DNA of 64,000 nt from Selaginella moellendorffii (Eukaryota > Plantae > Lycopodiophyta). The translations under genes and the position numbers were made by a program. The DNA is taken from positions 949,374 to 1,013,373 of the forward strand of contig NW_003314282.1 in the NCBI RefSeq assembly GCF_000143415.4. The letters run 5' to 3'. The notes beneath the pieces were generated by a model. The model was given only the letters and a program-made list of their open reading frames with translations, ran no database searches and was not told the DNA's origin. Below, in pieces: positions 1 to 12,032 of the stretch; position 1 is the first letter of the stretch, and every line of letters begins with the position of its first letter.

Positions 1-665
1 TTCCTGGTTTGGCCGGTGTGGAAGCTGCACAAGGTCCGGTGGATGCTCGTCAATGATGCTCTCGCCGTCTACGTGCAACGTGGAGTGGATCAAGCTGCAT
101 GCGGAGGTGCGGAGCATCCAGGGCCTGTAAATGTCTAGGCTCAACAAGCTCATAAGCACCTTTCGAGGCTCGGCCAGCGAGAGGTCGAGCATCAGTGGCG
201 TCAAGCAGCTCTGAATTCGGCCAAAGATCTCTCAACCTTCCCGCCGCCTTGAGGTGCTTTACATTGCTCGTATCTCCATGAAGGTTCATGGCTAACTTTT
301 GGTGTCGTAGAGATCGAGCCCCGAGGACTGGAGCAGCAGGCACGCACCTCTGCGCATGCACATCGCCGCCTCCTACCCCAAGGGACCGGATGCCGATCTG
401 GAAGAGAGACGAGATCGACTTTCTGCGGGAGCTCGTCATGAGCAGCAGCTGTGTGACGTGGCTCAAAGTAACAGGGGTTGTGTTGATTGGCCCGCCACCT
501 GATTTTCAGCCAGCTGCCTCCGATCGTGAAGCTGGGCACAGCATTTCCTGGGCATGTTGAGGTGCATCCCCTTCACTTTGGCCCGCCGCAGCGCTGCGAC
601 GTTGTGTGGCGCTCCATGAAGCCAAAGCTTGATTCGGAGTCGACTGCAATCCACCGTGCACGAAA
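1..665 (+). pseudogene. Degraded F-box/LRR-family copy (internal and 3' part, runs off window start)
   Basis: Homologous to 2128-3699 (e.g. RDEIDFLRELVMSSSCVTWLKVTGVV; FPGHVEVHPLHFGPPQRCDVVWRSMKPKLDSE), with deletions and frameshifts. More diverged than the other copies. Confidence 0.8.
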
Positions 666-876
666 CCCAATGGTTGTCAACACTTCGAGAAAGAGTCAAC
701 TACCAGCATGATAAACAATTTGTACCTCCTTAGCTTTCGCGCAGTCGCGATGAGCATTCATTGGTCTTGCCCAATTGCAAGGGCCTCAAAGATAAGTCAA
801 AGAACTTCCACTATATCAGTGCTTGTAAGAACTGGCTAGTGTTTCCACTTCTTTCAAACGTATTTCATTCACATTG

Positions 877-1563
877 TTAAGCATCTCTCCAGGTGATGGA
901 CATCTGACCGTAGAGGGGGTCGCTGGAGCTAATGCCCAGCGCTTTCCACACAGCATCAGAGCCATCCACAATGTTATTCCGGCATGGTGGCTGCCAAGCA
1001 TGAGGCTTGTCACAGCCCATTGTAGAATCACACTCGTCCACCACTTTGGCAGTGGTGGATCTCCCATTTGGAGCTGTGATACTGATGAACTTCAAGCACC
1101 GGGAGCCCCCGCTATACCATCCGGTTGAGAGAGCCACGATCCTCTCGGTGTTGGAGTGGAATTTCTCATCGCACTCCGAAGGATCTCCGCCATCGCCACC
1201 AGCTTGGAAGTCGTTGACAGTGAGAATTGCTTTGGTGCTCTGCGAGACTGGGGGCGAGCATCGATAGATCGGATAGTTTGTGTTGGCCTTGCAGCACTCG
1301 TCGCTCTGGTGGGCCGAATTGCCCTTGAGAGGTCCACTCTGCTGGCAGCCACCGCCACCGCCGCCGCCACTTCCAGCGCAGATGTGAGTTCCCAAATCCG
1401 GATCGTCTTGGCAAGTGCGCCCCGCTCCACAGTAGAGCTGACCATCGCAATCATCGTTTGTGGAGCACGATTGCCCGCATCCCCTGCACTCGACGAGAAG
1501 ATCACGAGAACATATCGAGAAGACGATCAAAACACGCACAATTGAGCCAATTCTTAGAGCCAT
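877..1563 (-). CDS. Kiwellin / ripening-related secreted protein (Cys-rich N-domain plus DPBB/barwin-like domain)
   Basis: Intronless 228 aa ORF with hydrophobic signal peptide, Cys-rich N-terminus, Gly linker, then family motifs [60 protein letters not shown]. Confidence 0.9.
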   Translation of the reverse strand: MALRIGSIVRVLIVFSICSRDLLVECRGCGQSCSTNDDCDGQLYCGAGRTCQDDPDLGTHICAGSGGGGGGGCQQSGPLKGNSAHQSDECCKANTNYPIYRCSPPVSQSTKAILTVNDFQAGGDGGDPSECDEKFHSNTERIVALSTGWYSGGSRCLKFISITAPNGRSTTAKVVDECDSTMGCDKPHAWQPPCRNNIVDGSDAVWKALGISSSDPLYGQMSITWRDA

Positions 1564-1769
1564 TTGAATGCTTTGTGAATGAATGGATGTCTTGCTGTGA
1601 TTATATATACTGAAGTTTGGTTTCTCTAACTTTGGGGATCGTGAGCAGCATCCCAGTCATGTAAGGCACCGGTTTGACCGGGCCAATGGTAGTTGACTGG
1701 AGTGTTTCTGGGATTTCTACATTGATTTTTTTTTTTTTGAGAAAGAGAGTGAAAACGTAGAGAGATCTA

Positions 1770-2010
1770 AACTTCTCTAGACAAACGGTATGTGCCTTCA
1801 ATATTGAATCAACTTTGCCACCTCAAATGAAAACCATTGTTAAGCCACTACCGATGCACTCGGTAACACAACACGGCTTGATCATCATGGTATTTAATTT
1901 CTACATAGTTTCTTCTTTTAAGTTTTCCTTTGTTTAGAAAAAGACACTAACACTAGGGAAGAATAAAATAGAGTAATGTTAAGACAAGAAAGAGTTGCTT
2001 TCGAAATAGT
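1770..2010 (+). pseudogene. Remnant of unidentified repeat-protein gene ('gene U', LPPQMKTIVK unit)
   Basis: actttgccacctcaaatgaaaaccattgt unit; near-exact reverse complement of about 36130-36370. Confidence 0.55.
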
Positions 2011-2058
2011 TTTTCTCCTCAAGAAACTCCTCATCCATTTCCTCGCTGGTATCGAACC

Positions 2059-2064
2059 TATAAA
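2059..2064 (+). promoter_or_regulatory. Candidate TATA box of the F-box gene
   Basis: TATAAA about 65-70 nt upstream of the ATG, in the same context (tatcgaac..tataaat) at 18915-18920 and 59271-59276. Confidence 0.45.
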
Positions 2065-2127
2065 TCTCTCAAGGCTACTTAATTGTTTTAAGGCAAGATT
2101 TTAGGGCAATATTTTACGGCACTGGGG

Positions 2128-3699
2128 ATGAAAAGGCCGAGGAGCGCCTTGGATGATCTTCCGGACGAGATTCAGCACAGCGAGCTGCTCTTCTTGGTGG
2201 AGCGGATGAGGATCACCGAGAGGCGCAACAATCTGTGGTCCATGGGCGATCTTCCAGACGACGTTCTCATCCAGATCCTGTCCCTGCTCGCCTCCTCGCG
2301 CCAATTGTATTGGTGTAGCCTGGTGAGCAAGAGGTGGGCGCATCTGGCAAGGCTAGTCACGCACTTCAGGTTGGAATCGTCCGGTGAGCATGAGCAACAG
2401 GGTCTCCTTTCCTGGTTTGGCAGCAGCAGCAATCTCCGCTCCCTGTCTTTGACAGGTTTTTCAAAGCAGCCACGCTCTTGTCTTGACTGGCTACCGGTGA
2501 TTGGAAAAACCCTCCACTCCCTTACCATCAGCGTCAGTGTGGATGGTTTCTGGTCCAGCATTCTCGCCTGCCAGCAGCTACGGTGTCTCCATATCAACGA
2601 TGGTGTCGAGCTTGGTGGCCCGCTCGCGACCAAGGCAGCGGCTCCAATTCTTCCCACGCTCGTCTACTGCTTCATACGCACACGCTTGGACGTGGCCACG
2701 ACGAAGCAGCTCCTCGAGTTGTGCCCCTCGCTCGTCTACTTCCGGCTGACCCAGCTGCTTGTGGAATCGGCCGGGACACATTTGCTCAAGAGTCACAGCA
2801 TCGACTGCCTGGTGATTCGCGCCCACAGGGTCCCCGGCAGGAGCGTTACCAACTTTTCTCTCACGCTCGACATGCCCAAGCTCCGGTGGATGTTTGTCAA
2901 CGCGGTACCGCGCGTGGAGCTCTCGCCGTCTACGTGCAACGTGGAATGGGTGCAGCTACATGGGCAAGTGCGAATCATCCAGGGCTTGGTCATGTCCAAA
3001 CTCAACAGGCTCACGCTCACCAATACCTTCCGAGGCAATGCCCACGTCGAGCAAATTCTCGAGCCGTTTGTTTTCAGGAGGTCGAGCATCAGTGGCATCA
3101 AGCAGCTCGACCTGTTTATGGATTCGGCCGACTTCGAGCCCAGATCCGTTAACCTCGCACAGCTCTTGGAGTCGTTCCATGGCCTTGAGGCGCTTTACAT
3201 TGCTCGTCTCACCATCAAGGTACATATATTTTTTTCTTCTCAAGGATCGTATCCATATTGTGTACCAGTTACAAACTTGGGACTCGTTTTTGTGTTTCAG
3301 AGCTTGAGCCTTGCGGGGTGGAGCAGCAGGCACGCGCCACTGTGCGTGCACATTGACACCTCCTACTCGAACAAGCGGGTGCCGTGCTGGGACAGTGACG
3401 AGATCGAGTTTGTGCAGGAGCTCGTGGTGAGCAGCAGCTGTGTGACGCAGCTCGAAGTAACAGGCATTGTGTGCATTCAGGAGCCGGCTGAATTTCGGCC
3501 CCTGGTGCCTCCGGCGATCGTGGAGCTGGGCACAGCGTTCCCCGGTCGTGTCAAGGTGCATCCCATCCGCTTTGGCATGCCACCGCGCTGCGGCGTTGTC
3601 TGGCGCTGCATGAAGCCCAAGCTTGATTGGGAGGCGCCCTACACTGCAATCCACCACCGGTGTGCAGGTTTCGACGAGAACACGGAGGCGTGTGCGTGA
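2128..3699 (+). CDS. F-box/LRR-like protein, intact copy 1; exons 2128-3219 and 3301-3699 (about 496 aa)
   Basis: F-box motif DLPDDVLIQILSLL..RQLYWCSLVSKRW followed by LxxLxL repeats. Phase-0 intron AAG|GTAC..TTTCAG|AGC at 3220-3300 (81 nt, in frame, hence the 523 aa read-through ORF); intron position conserved in all copies. Confidence 0.88.
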   Translation: MKRPRSALDDLPDEIQHSELLFLVERMRITERRNNLWSMGDLPDDVLIQILSLLASSRQLYWCSLVSKRWAHLARLVTHFRLESSGEHEQQGLLSWFGSSSNLRSLSLTGFSKQPRSCLDWLPVIGKTLHSLTISVSVDGFWSSILACQQLRCLHINDGVELGGPLATKAAAPILPTLVYCFIRTRLDVATTKQLLELCPSLVYFRLTQLLVESAGTHLLKSHSIDCLVIRAHRVPGRSVTNFSLTLDMPKLRWMFVNAVPRVELSPSTCNVEWVQLHGQVRIIQGLVMSKLNRLTLTNTFRGNAHVEQILEPFVFRRSSISGIKQLDLFMDSADFEPRSVNLAQLLESFHGLEALYIARLTIKVHIFFSSQGSYPYCVPVTNLGLVFVFQSLSLAGWSSRHAPLCVHIDTSYSNKRVPCWDSDEIEFVQELVVSSSCVTQLEVTGIVCIQEPAEFRPLVPPAIVELGTAFPGRVKVHPIRFGMPPRCGVVWRCMKPKLDWEAPYTAIHHRCAGFDENTEACA

Positions 3700-4700
3700 A
3701 CAAGCGCCTCCTGGTCAACGTCAGCGTTGGCAATCTGCCACCGGTCAACGCATTTGAGACTAGAGGTGGAGCATCTACGCGGCGAGCGGGAAGAAGTTTG
3801 CGGGTGTGGTTCAGCTGCTGGTGTATCGAAATGCCAAGCCAGCAGCCGGGAGATCGCCCGATGAGATCGAAGATGGCGTGGGAATGAAACCTCATAAGGT
3901 GGCCGAGTTGCGAGGAGTGAAGGAGCAAGCCCGGCCATCGTCTTTGTGGGGATGCGACACATTACATCCACGCAGAGCTCCAGATGATCGAGAGCAAGCG
4001 TCGCCCGTCACATGTCTTTGGGCGACGCCACAGAGTTTCCATCCAAGTGGCACAAGCTTATTGGGAATGACAGATCGTGAAGGCTCATATGAAAGATTTG
4101 TCTACGTCGAAGTTGAAGGTGAGTTTTCTTAAGAGTTTTTTCTTTGAAAACAATAAAGTCTAGCTTGGAACAGGAATAATAATACAATGAGTTGTCCAGG
4201 ATATCTAAAGCAATTCGATCAGTTTTTTTTATTGAAAATTTCCTTTTATCGATTGGTTGCCACCTGGCTGAGCTGCTGGCACTGAAGAGATGCACGGTAG
4301 AGATTACATGGTGGCCACAAACTCCAATTTGTAAACTTTCAAGACTTCTGCGTCAAAAGCTGAAGGCTGACCATTAAACTGTTCAATAACAAAGCTGCTG
4401 CTGTTAATGGAGACAATATCCTCAAGGCCTCGTACTTGCCCATCGTGAGCCTGTTCACAAGGACTACCATTGGAACTGAGATATCCCACAAGCTGTCCAC
4501 CAAGGCGAACACCTTCTCCATCAGTGGGATGTATGGCCTGATGATGATCAAGGCTTGGTTGAATCCAAGTCCGTTATCTTGATGTCAAGTGAAGTGGACA
4601 TGAAGGTGCTCGACAAAAAAGTGCCAAGCTCAGCCTGGCACTAACGCTTATGTAAATTTAAAATTTTGCAGAACATCAAAGTATTTTTCCAAGTTCTCTT
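3700..4700 (+). pseudogene. Conserved degenerate coding-like segment downstream of the F-box copies
   Basis: Frame-broken peptides (KVAELRGVKE.., HIKDLSTSKLK|gt, CHLAELLALKRCTVEITWWP, SLFTRTTVGTEISHK) recur after most F-box copies (11.2-12.0 kb minus, 20.5-21.3 kb, 32.6-33.6 kb minus, 60.9-61.9 kb). Confidence 0.45.
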
Positions 4701-5649
4701 TTGTTAGTTCATCATTTGTTTTGCACAAGAGAGTTTGGGAACAAGGAAAAAGCCCGGGCGATCAAGTGTGGTATTTTTCCATGGACATCTTCATGACGCT
4801 TCTGAGTTGAGACACATGGATAACACTGGCAGCCTTGCTGCCAAATGTGGCTCCACAAACAAAAGAATGCTTGAGGTGCAAAAGGGCAAGGGAAAGGTTT
4901 TCTCGAGCAGAGACACAAAAAAGACACAAGACCTGGAGAGAAAGAAACACAATTGAAAAGTTGGGAGTTGAACACAAGTATATTCACATGCTTCGATGGA
5001 GGTATATTCTTTTCAGACCGAACCATGCATCATGTGGATGGCCACGATACAAACACCAAGAATTTATTACGGTGGTGATGTGCGTTGAAAGGCTGATGTG
5101 TAATGTGTTGTATGGCGTGCAATTTGTAAACTGTGCATAGATGATGATATGCTAGCGTCTGAAAAACCAAATGCAGAAGACTGTCCATGAGTTGTCCTGC
5201 AATTACTTTAAAATTTTATGGCTATAATATGCCCATTGGATGGCCATGGTATGTTTCCATTATCACTCCATACATGCACATGCATGGACCATTCATTCAT
5301 TCATTCAACTTTGACTTGTTGACTTAGGGTCAGTAGCTTGTCCTAGTCCTTAATATTGCTGCCCAAGATAGGATTCAATTGGCTGGTAGGAGGTGAAGTT
5401 TATTTCTTTTTGTAGATCTTCTATTGCAGTGTCAAAATTGTTCAGCCTAGGGTATTTCCTGATGGTGTGTGTGGAAGCACCCAGTTTGTGCAGGCTTTTC
5501 AATTTACCTTAATTGGAGAAGTAGGTCTAGTGGAGGACAAAGAACGTAGTGTTGCATATCATGGCACTGATGAATCAAATGCTGAGAGTGAAATTGTTGA
5601 GGTTTATGAGGTAAGTTAAATTATCCATTATCATATTAAATCTTTGTGT

Positions 5650-8600
5650 ACTAAAATAGCCAACCTTCATTAAAGTCCACGCTATAACAAAGGAAGTACA
5701 TGAAGGGGTAGAAGAAGGTGATGTTCCCCCACCACTATTTCCTAAGAACATGTGTGAGGCACCAACACCAATAATAGAGCTACTAGACAACATCAACATG
5801 TTTAAATAAGTGTCTTCTTTAAATTGCATGACCTATGGTTAATAAGAATGCATGTAGGTTCTTGTTCAACCAAAAGTAGTAGCTGGATGCAAGTGATCAA
5901 TACAATGATATTGTTGCACTTGCAATTAGGGAGGATGTACGGCTTGGTTTATTTTACATACAAGAACTTGTGGTTGAAGCATAAGTTGCTAGGAAACTTT
6001 GGCATTAGAAGCAATAGGGATGAAGATCTGGTTTTAACAATTACTAGCCATGCTGAACTTATTTGGATGGGTGGTAAGGCTTTTCTACATTGCGTGCTAA
6101 ATGACCATACTATGCCATATTGGTGAGTGTGGCAACCAATCCTAACTATTATAAGAGTCCTTAAGGTTGATTTCGAGTGACTCTTCTGCAATGGTGCCAT
6201 TCAAGCCTCGCTAGTGCATCAAGCATAGCAAAGAGACAGGACATGTTGGAGGAGATGGTATCTTAGTACTAGGAAAGAAGGTGAGTTAGAATTTTTGCAT
6301 CACTACACTTTTTTATAATAAATATATTTTCTAAGGACCTATAGAGGAACAAAGATGCAATTTAGAGTTTGAGGGGACTTATTTGAGAAAGTAAAAACAT
6401 TTTACATATATTTCTTACATTTCCTTATTGACAATGTGATGCTTAGACTGTAAAGAGAGGCACATAGACAATTGTACAACTCAAGGCTAATGGTGGAGAT
6501 TTGGTTTTTGAAACTTTGGGTGTCTTTTTTAAAAGCAAAATTTAGCTCTAACACATTATAGATTGCCCAAAGATGTGAATTCACATGTTTTTAGTTCTAA
6601 TTTCAACCACACCTAAAGACACAAAAGTTTAGCATTGTATATGTAGCAAAATTTGGTGATGATTTTTTTTGGGAGGACCAGATTCTAGATGCTAAAGGCC
6701 CAATGCAAAATGCATTGCATAAAGCTCTTCATCAAGTTCTAGATAGTGTGCATATTTGGCACTTACATCATAGTCAATAAGAATGCTTGTGATGGGAGAA
6801 GGTGGTGTCTACTGGCATCCAAAGATACGTGATATGACATGATTGTGGGAGTATCACAAAAACTCGGTAAGTCCTTGTAGTCTTTTGTTATGCTTTCTAA
6901 TAAGGATTCAATGTGCAGATGATGTTTATGGGTTGGCTTTTTTTTCAAGTATTTGAGAACAATGTCTAGCTATCACAAACATGTATGATAGCCACACTTG
7001 CAATACCAATAAGGGAGGTGCCCAAGGAAGATGACAGGAGATTGTGCTAGGGTGGACTATTTGAAATGGATTTGAAATTCACCTTAGCTACTATGTGGAA
7101 CATCATGAACATGCTCCAAGAGGTGACAAGTCGAGACTCTAAACAAATCTAGGAGGAGTTAATGGAAGCCATTCTTAAGGACTCTGCAATTGTGCATCTC
7201 AACCAGCTCCTACAACCACAATTGAAAATCAATGACAATTATACCGATATAGTGGAAGAATTCATGTCTATAGTAGTGTGGTGAATGTTTTTCAACGAAC
7301 CAAAGGAGGTGGCAGACATGCTAAGGGCAGGATTTGCTCACTCTATAACAATGGAGACATGGCAAAGACCCACCATTGGAGAAGGATCCTACTTGGCATA
7401 TTGGCTAGTATAGGCATGAATGTGCTTTTTTAGGTTTTCCAAGTCCACACAATAATCTGGCCAGAGCAATTTATCAAGTGTCTATAATAATGTGGGTGAG
7501 AACTTGCACATGGATATAGTTTATGAGTGATAATCCTGAAAATTGCTTCTTCTACAGAAATGAATAGCAAATAGCTCTCAAAATTGCACCACTTTGCATA
7601 TGACGCCCTTAAATTCAAGCCGAGTGAGTCAATATGAATTTAGTGTAATATAGTGAACAACGAAGTTGGCTAGCATCCCACAGCTCAAAATTTCTCGAGG
7701 GAAATCTTGTTCTTGTCAAGCTACCCTAACAAGGAGTGCATGCAAGACAATCACTTTTGAACCCAATCTTGTATGATAATGCTGAGAAATGGTGAATGTG
7801 AATTTTGAACTTTTATAAAGTATGAAATTCTAAACTGTCTAAACTTTGCAAGAAAACAGTAGAGTCCAAGTATATCATGACAATATTCTATATATTCTAG
7901 CAAATGCCTTTATTGGGTATCTGATTTTTCACTCGTTTCCTTCAGTAAACAAAGATATATTTGTCATAGCTTCTGATAAATTTTCTGGAATAGAATTATT
8001 GCTACTATTTTGGGAGCCACAATCTTATAGATTGTGTGGTTCATCTAGATACTCTTTAGTAGTCACATAGGCTACTGGCCACAAGTGCATAGATGAGATT
8101 TAACCACATTGGCTAGAACCATAGGCCTAGAGCCTTTCTGTAGCTAGATCTCTACTTCATAAGCTGACCTCTAAAGTGCTGTACAGTCAGAAAAACCCTT
8201 AACCTACTCTATGGAATGAGGAAAACATTTGATGGAACCATGTGAGAGAAGGATCAATACAATGAAGCATAGAAAAGAAGTTATTGCCTACCAAAGGATA
8301 GACAATGCTCCAATCTTTGAATATTCCAAGCTTGCCATGATGAACAACACACATTAGATAATTTTGACCCATCCTTGCTAATCCAAAACCCTAGATTTTG
8401 AATTTTTCACTACAACAATTAACTTGCTTATTGATGCTTATTTCTAAAGTATGAAAGCAATTTTGGCATTTAGGTGAACTTATCTACTATTACTTTTCGT
8501 TTACCACCAATTTCATGTTGCTATCCATGAGGCAATCCTTGCACTTGTAGCTTCAGTAATACACTTCAGTCGAGTTCACATATTTATAAGATGGTCAAAG

Positions 8601-8850
8601 GAAATTTTACAAGCTATTGGCAATTGCTATTAGTTGTGGTACTTTATGTTTCAATAGTTGTTAAAGATCTTTGTCTACCCCATAGTCCTTACAATTGGTT
8701 CAACTTACACTGCAGTGCTATAGATGAGCACACTATGAGAAGAATTTATTTGCCTTGTATTATGCCAATTTTCTCTTCTAGTTTCTGACATTGTGAGCTT
8801 AATGAATGAAAATGGCTATAGGTAATTGGGAAAAAAACCATGAATTGGAC
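5650..8850 (+). mobile_element. Heavily decayed Ty3/gypsy-like pol remnant (left-arm copy)
   Basis: Broken motifs resembling RT (KEGELxFCIxY near 6270-6310) and integrase (CGEC..QRTK near 7280-7310; W.SIGM..LGFP near 7400-7440); many stops. Inverted homolog at about 23880-27100. Confidence 0.5.
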
Positions 8851-9329
8851 CTCATAAAAGGGTGACCCTAAATCCTCCCTGTATGACCGGGCACATGATG
8901 GCTATAAAATAGTCATGGGAATGGTCATTAGATTTTAGGGAATATTTATGGATAATATTCCAGGAATATCTGACTATATACCTGGATTCAGCCAATATGG
9001 TGCTGCCACTGGACAATGCCCGCTTATAAGCGGCCATGTACAACCATCTGCACACAGTTTATAAATTGCATGCCATACATCGACATCTACATAGCAGTTC
9101 GCTACTTGAAATAGCATGCAAACAAAAGAGATACTAATGTCATAAATTTGTGTATATTATATATTTCTCAGACTCTGCCTAAAAAATGTGTCAGCTCCCC
9201 AAGGAACTTTCAGGTATATGTCACTAATATCAAACTCTAGTGGTGGCTGTTGCTCCATCCAAGACTAAACAATTCCATGTTGCCAATAGACTGTCCACTG
9301 ACGTGTTTGTTGCCACCACCAAAGCCAAC

Positions 9330-10330
9330 CTCGAGCTTGGCGGCTCTCTCACGACCAAGGCAGCAGCTCCAATTCTTCCCATGCTCTCATAAGCACACAC
9401 TTGGACATGGCCACGACGAAGCAGCCCCTCACTCATATACTTTGCTGGTGGAGTTGGCCAGGACGCATTTGCTCAAGAGTCACAGCCTCGACTGCCTGGT
9501 GATTCACGCCCACAGGGACCCTGGCAGGAGCGTTGCCAACTTTTCTCTTGAGCTCGACATGCCGAAGCTCCGGTGGAGCTCTCGCTGCGTGGAGCTCTCG
9601 CCGTCTTCGTGCAACGTGGAATGGGTGTTGCATGGGCAACTGCAGATTGTTCAGGGCCTGGTCATGTCCAAGCTCAACAGGCTCAAGCTCACCATAGCTT
9701 CTGAGGCAGTGCCCACATTGAGCAAATTGTCGAGCCGTTTGTCAGGAGTCGAGCATCAGTGGCATCAAGCAGCTCGACCTGTGTAGGCTTTAAGCCCAGA
9801 TCCGTCAACATAGCACAGCTCTTGGAGCCGTTCCATGGCCTGGAGGCGCTTTACATTGCTCGTCTCACCATCAAGGTACATTTTGTTTCTCAAGGATTGT
9901 ATCTATATTGTGTACCAATTACAAAGTTGGACTGCTTTTTGTGCTGTAGAACTTGAGCCTGGTGCTGCAGGCAGGCGCCACTGCGTGTCCACATCGACGC
10001 CTCCTACTCGAACAAGCGGGTGCCGTGCTGGGACAGTGACGAGATCGACTTTGTGCAGGAGCTGGTGGTGAGCAGCAGCTGTGCGACGCAGCTCGAAGTA
10101 ACAGGCGTTGTTTGCATTGAGGAGCCGCCTGAATTTCGGCCCCAGGTGCCTCTCGGGATCGTGGAGCTAGGCACAACGTTCCCCGGTCGTGTCAATCCCG
10201 CCCGCTTTGTCATGCTGCCGCGCTGTGGCATTGTCTGGCGCTGCATGAAGCCCAAGCCTGACTCGGAGGAGCCCCACACTGCAACCCACCACGTTCCGAC
10301 AAGAACACGGAGGCGTGTGCGAGGCACCAG
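9330..10330 (+). pseudogene. F-box/LRR pseudogene (5'-truncated, frameshifted)
   Basis: [27 protein letters not shown] and PCWDSDEIDFVQELVVSSSC are homologous to the intact copies. No F-box start; multiple indels. Confidence 0.85.
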
Positions 10331-10619
10331 CGACTCATGGTCAACGCAGGCCTAAGCAATCTGCCACCTGGTCAACGCATTAGACTACGCGCTCGGAGCG
10401 AGCGGGAAGAAGCATAAGGTGGCCGAGCTGCGAGGAGTGAATAAGGAGCGAGCCCGGCTACAGTTCCATCGAAAGTGTGGGTATGCGCATCCACTCAGAG
10501 CTCCCGATGAGCATGGTGGGCGACGCCACACCCTGCGCTGATGATCAAGAACCTCAGAGTTTGCGTCCAAGTGGCACAAGCTTGTTGGGAGGAGGATTCC
10601 TGTGCGGGACAGACCGTGA

Positions 10620-10866
10620 ATGCTGCACCAGAAGCCATCCACACTGGAGAGTTTTTCCAATCACCGGTAGACAAGAGAGTAGCTGCTTTGAGGAACCTGC
10701 CAAAGACAGGGAGCGGAGATTGCTGCTGATGCTGCCTGCTAACCAGACGATTCCAACCTGAAATGCGTGACGAGCCTTACCAACTGTGCCCACCTCTTGC
10801 TCACCAGCGCGATGAAACAAGCAGGGAGAGGATCCGGATGAGAACGTCATCGGAAAGATCGTCCAC
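10620..10866 (-). pseudogene. F-box 5' fragment fused downstream of an LTP exon
   Basis: VDDLSDDVLIRILSLLVSSRW* then SNLRSLSLAGSSKQL; mirror of 21719-22030. Confidence 0.8.
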
Positions 10867-10879
10867 GCAGCTCTTTGAA

Positions 10880-11133
10880 TTGAATTGAAATTCTAGTTGT
10901 TCCATCTCACATTTTGCTGGCAGATCAACCGGGATAACTTGGTGACGTTGAGAAACACTTCGCAGGTGCAAGCTTCGGCAATTCCCTGGAGATTGTCGCA
11001 GCAGGCCTGCGTCGGCCAGTCGTGCGGAGATTGGGAACACGATTGTAACATCAGTGTTACTTGCTGGGTGTTACACCCTCGAAAGTCGGCAACTGCAACA
11101 GCAAGAATGAAGGATAAAATGTGTCAGAGCCAT
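10880..11133 (-). pseudogene. LTP-like exon-1 fragment
   Basis: Reverse complement of 21444-21700 (CNTQQVTLMLQSCSQSPHDWPTQACCDNLQGIAEACTCEV), with a small deletion after the ATG. Confidence 0.8.
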
Positions 11134-12032
11134 GGAACGCCTCCACTTGCAATCGTTCCTTTTTAAGTACAACCAAGTCCTGGGTCGCAAAGCATCAGTT
11201 CCAACACAAGCGTGTTAAAAAGTGATCACTGTGTGATTGTAAACGAGCTTATTTCCGAGACGAACAGCTTGGTCAAAGTGATCCCCTCGATCTTCCTGAG
11301 GTAAGCTTGCCAGATATCAAAGGAAATGATTCGATTTTCAATTTCTTGCGGAGACGCACCAACAGCAGCAGCTTTGTTATTCAGCAGGTTAATGGTCAGC
11401 CTATGGACATCGAGGTCTTGAAAGTTCACGACTTCGAGTTCGCCAACCGGCCACCATGTAATCTTTTTCAGTGCCAGCAGCTCAGCCAGGTGGCATCTTA
11501 ATAACCAATCGTTAAAAGAAATTTTCAATAAGCTCAAAGAAAACATCGTACAGGCAAAAAAATTCTCATCGAATCGCTTTAGATATCCTGGACAACTCAT
11601 TCTATTATTATTCCTCGCAAACACCCGTGATTCTCGTTCCAAGCTAGAGTTTATTGTTTTCAAAGAAAAGACTCTTAAGAAAACTCCACCTTCAACTTCG
11701 GCGTAGACAGATCTTTGATATGAGCCTTCACGATCTGTCATTCCCAATAAGCTTGTGCCACTTGGACCCCAAACTCTGTGGCGTCGCCCAAAGACGTGCG
11801 ACGGGCGACGCTTGCTCTCGATCATCTGGAGCTCTGCGTGGATGTGATGCGTCGCATCCCCACAAAAGACGTGAAGCTTTCGATGGAACTGTAGCCGGGC
11901 TCGCTCCTCCTTCACTCCTCGCAGCTCGGCCACCTTCTGCTTCTTCCCGCTCGCCGCGTAGATGCTCCGAGCGCGTAGCTGCCCCCCAATGTGGCAGATT
12001 GCCAACGCCGGCATTGACCAGGAGGCACTGGT

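Noticed and set aside
3220-3300. F-box gene as a single-exon 523 aa ORF
   Set aside because: The segment has GT..AG ends, is T-rich and is 81, 64, 68 or 78 nt in different copies, so it is an intron that happens to be in frame here.
2172-3971. Numerous long alternative-frame and antisense ORFs over each F-box copy
   Set aside because: Shadow ORFs of GC-rich coding DNA; they recur only because the gene is duplicated and show no independent domain.
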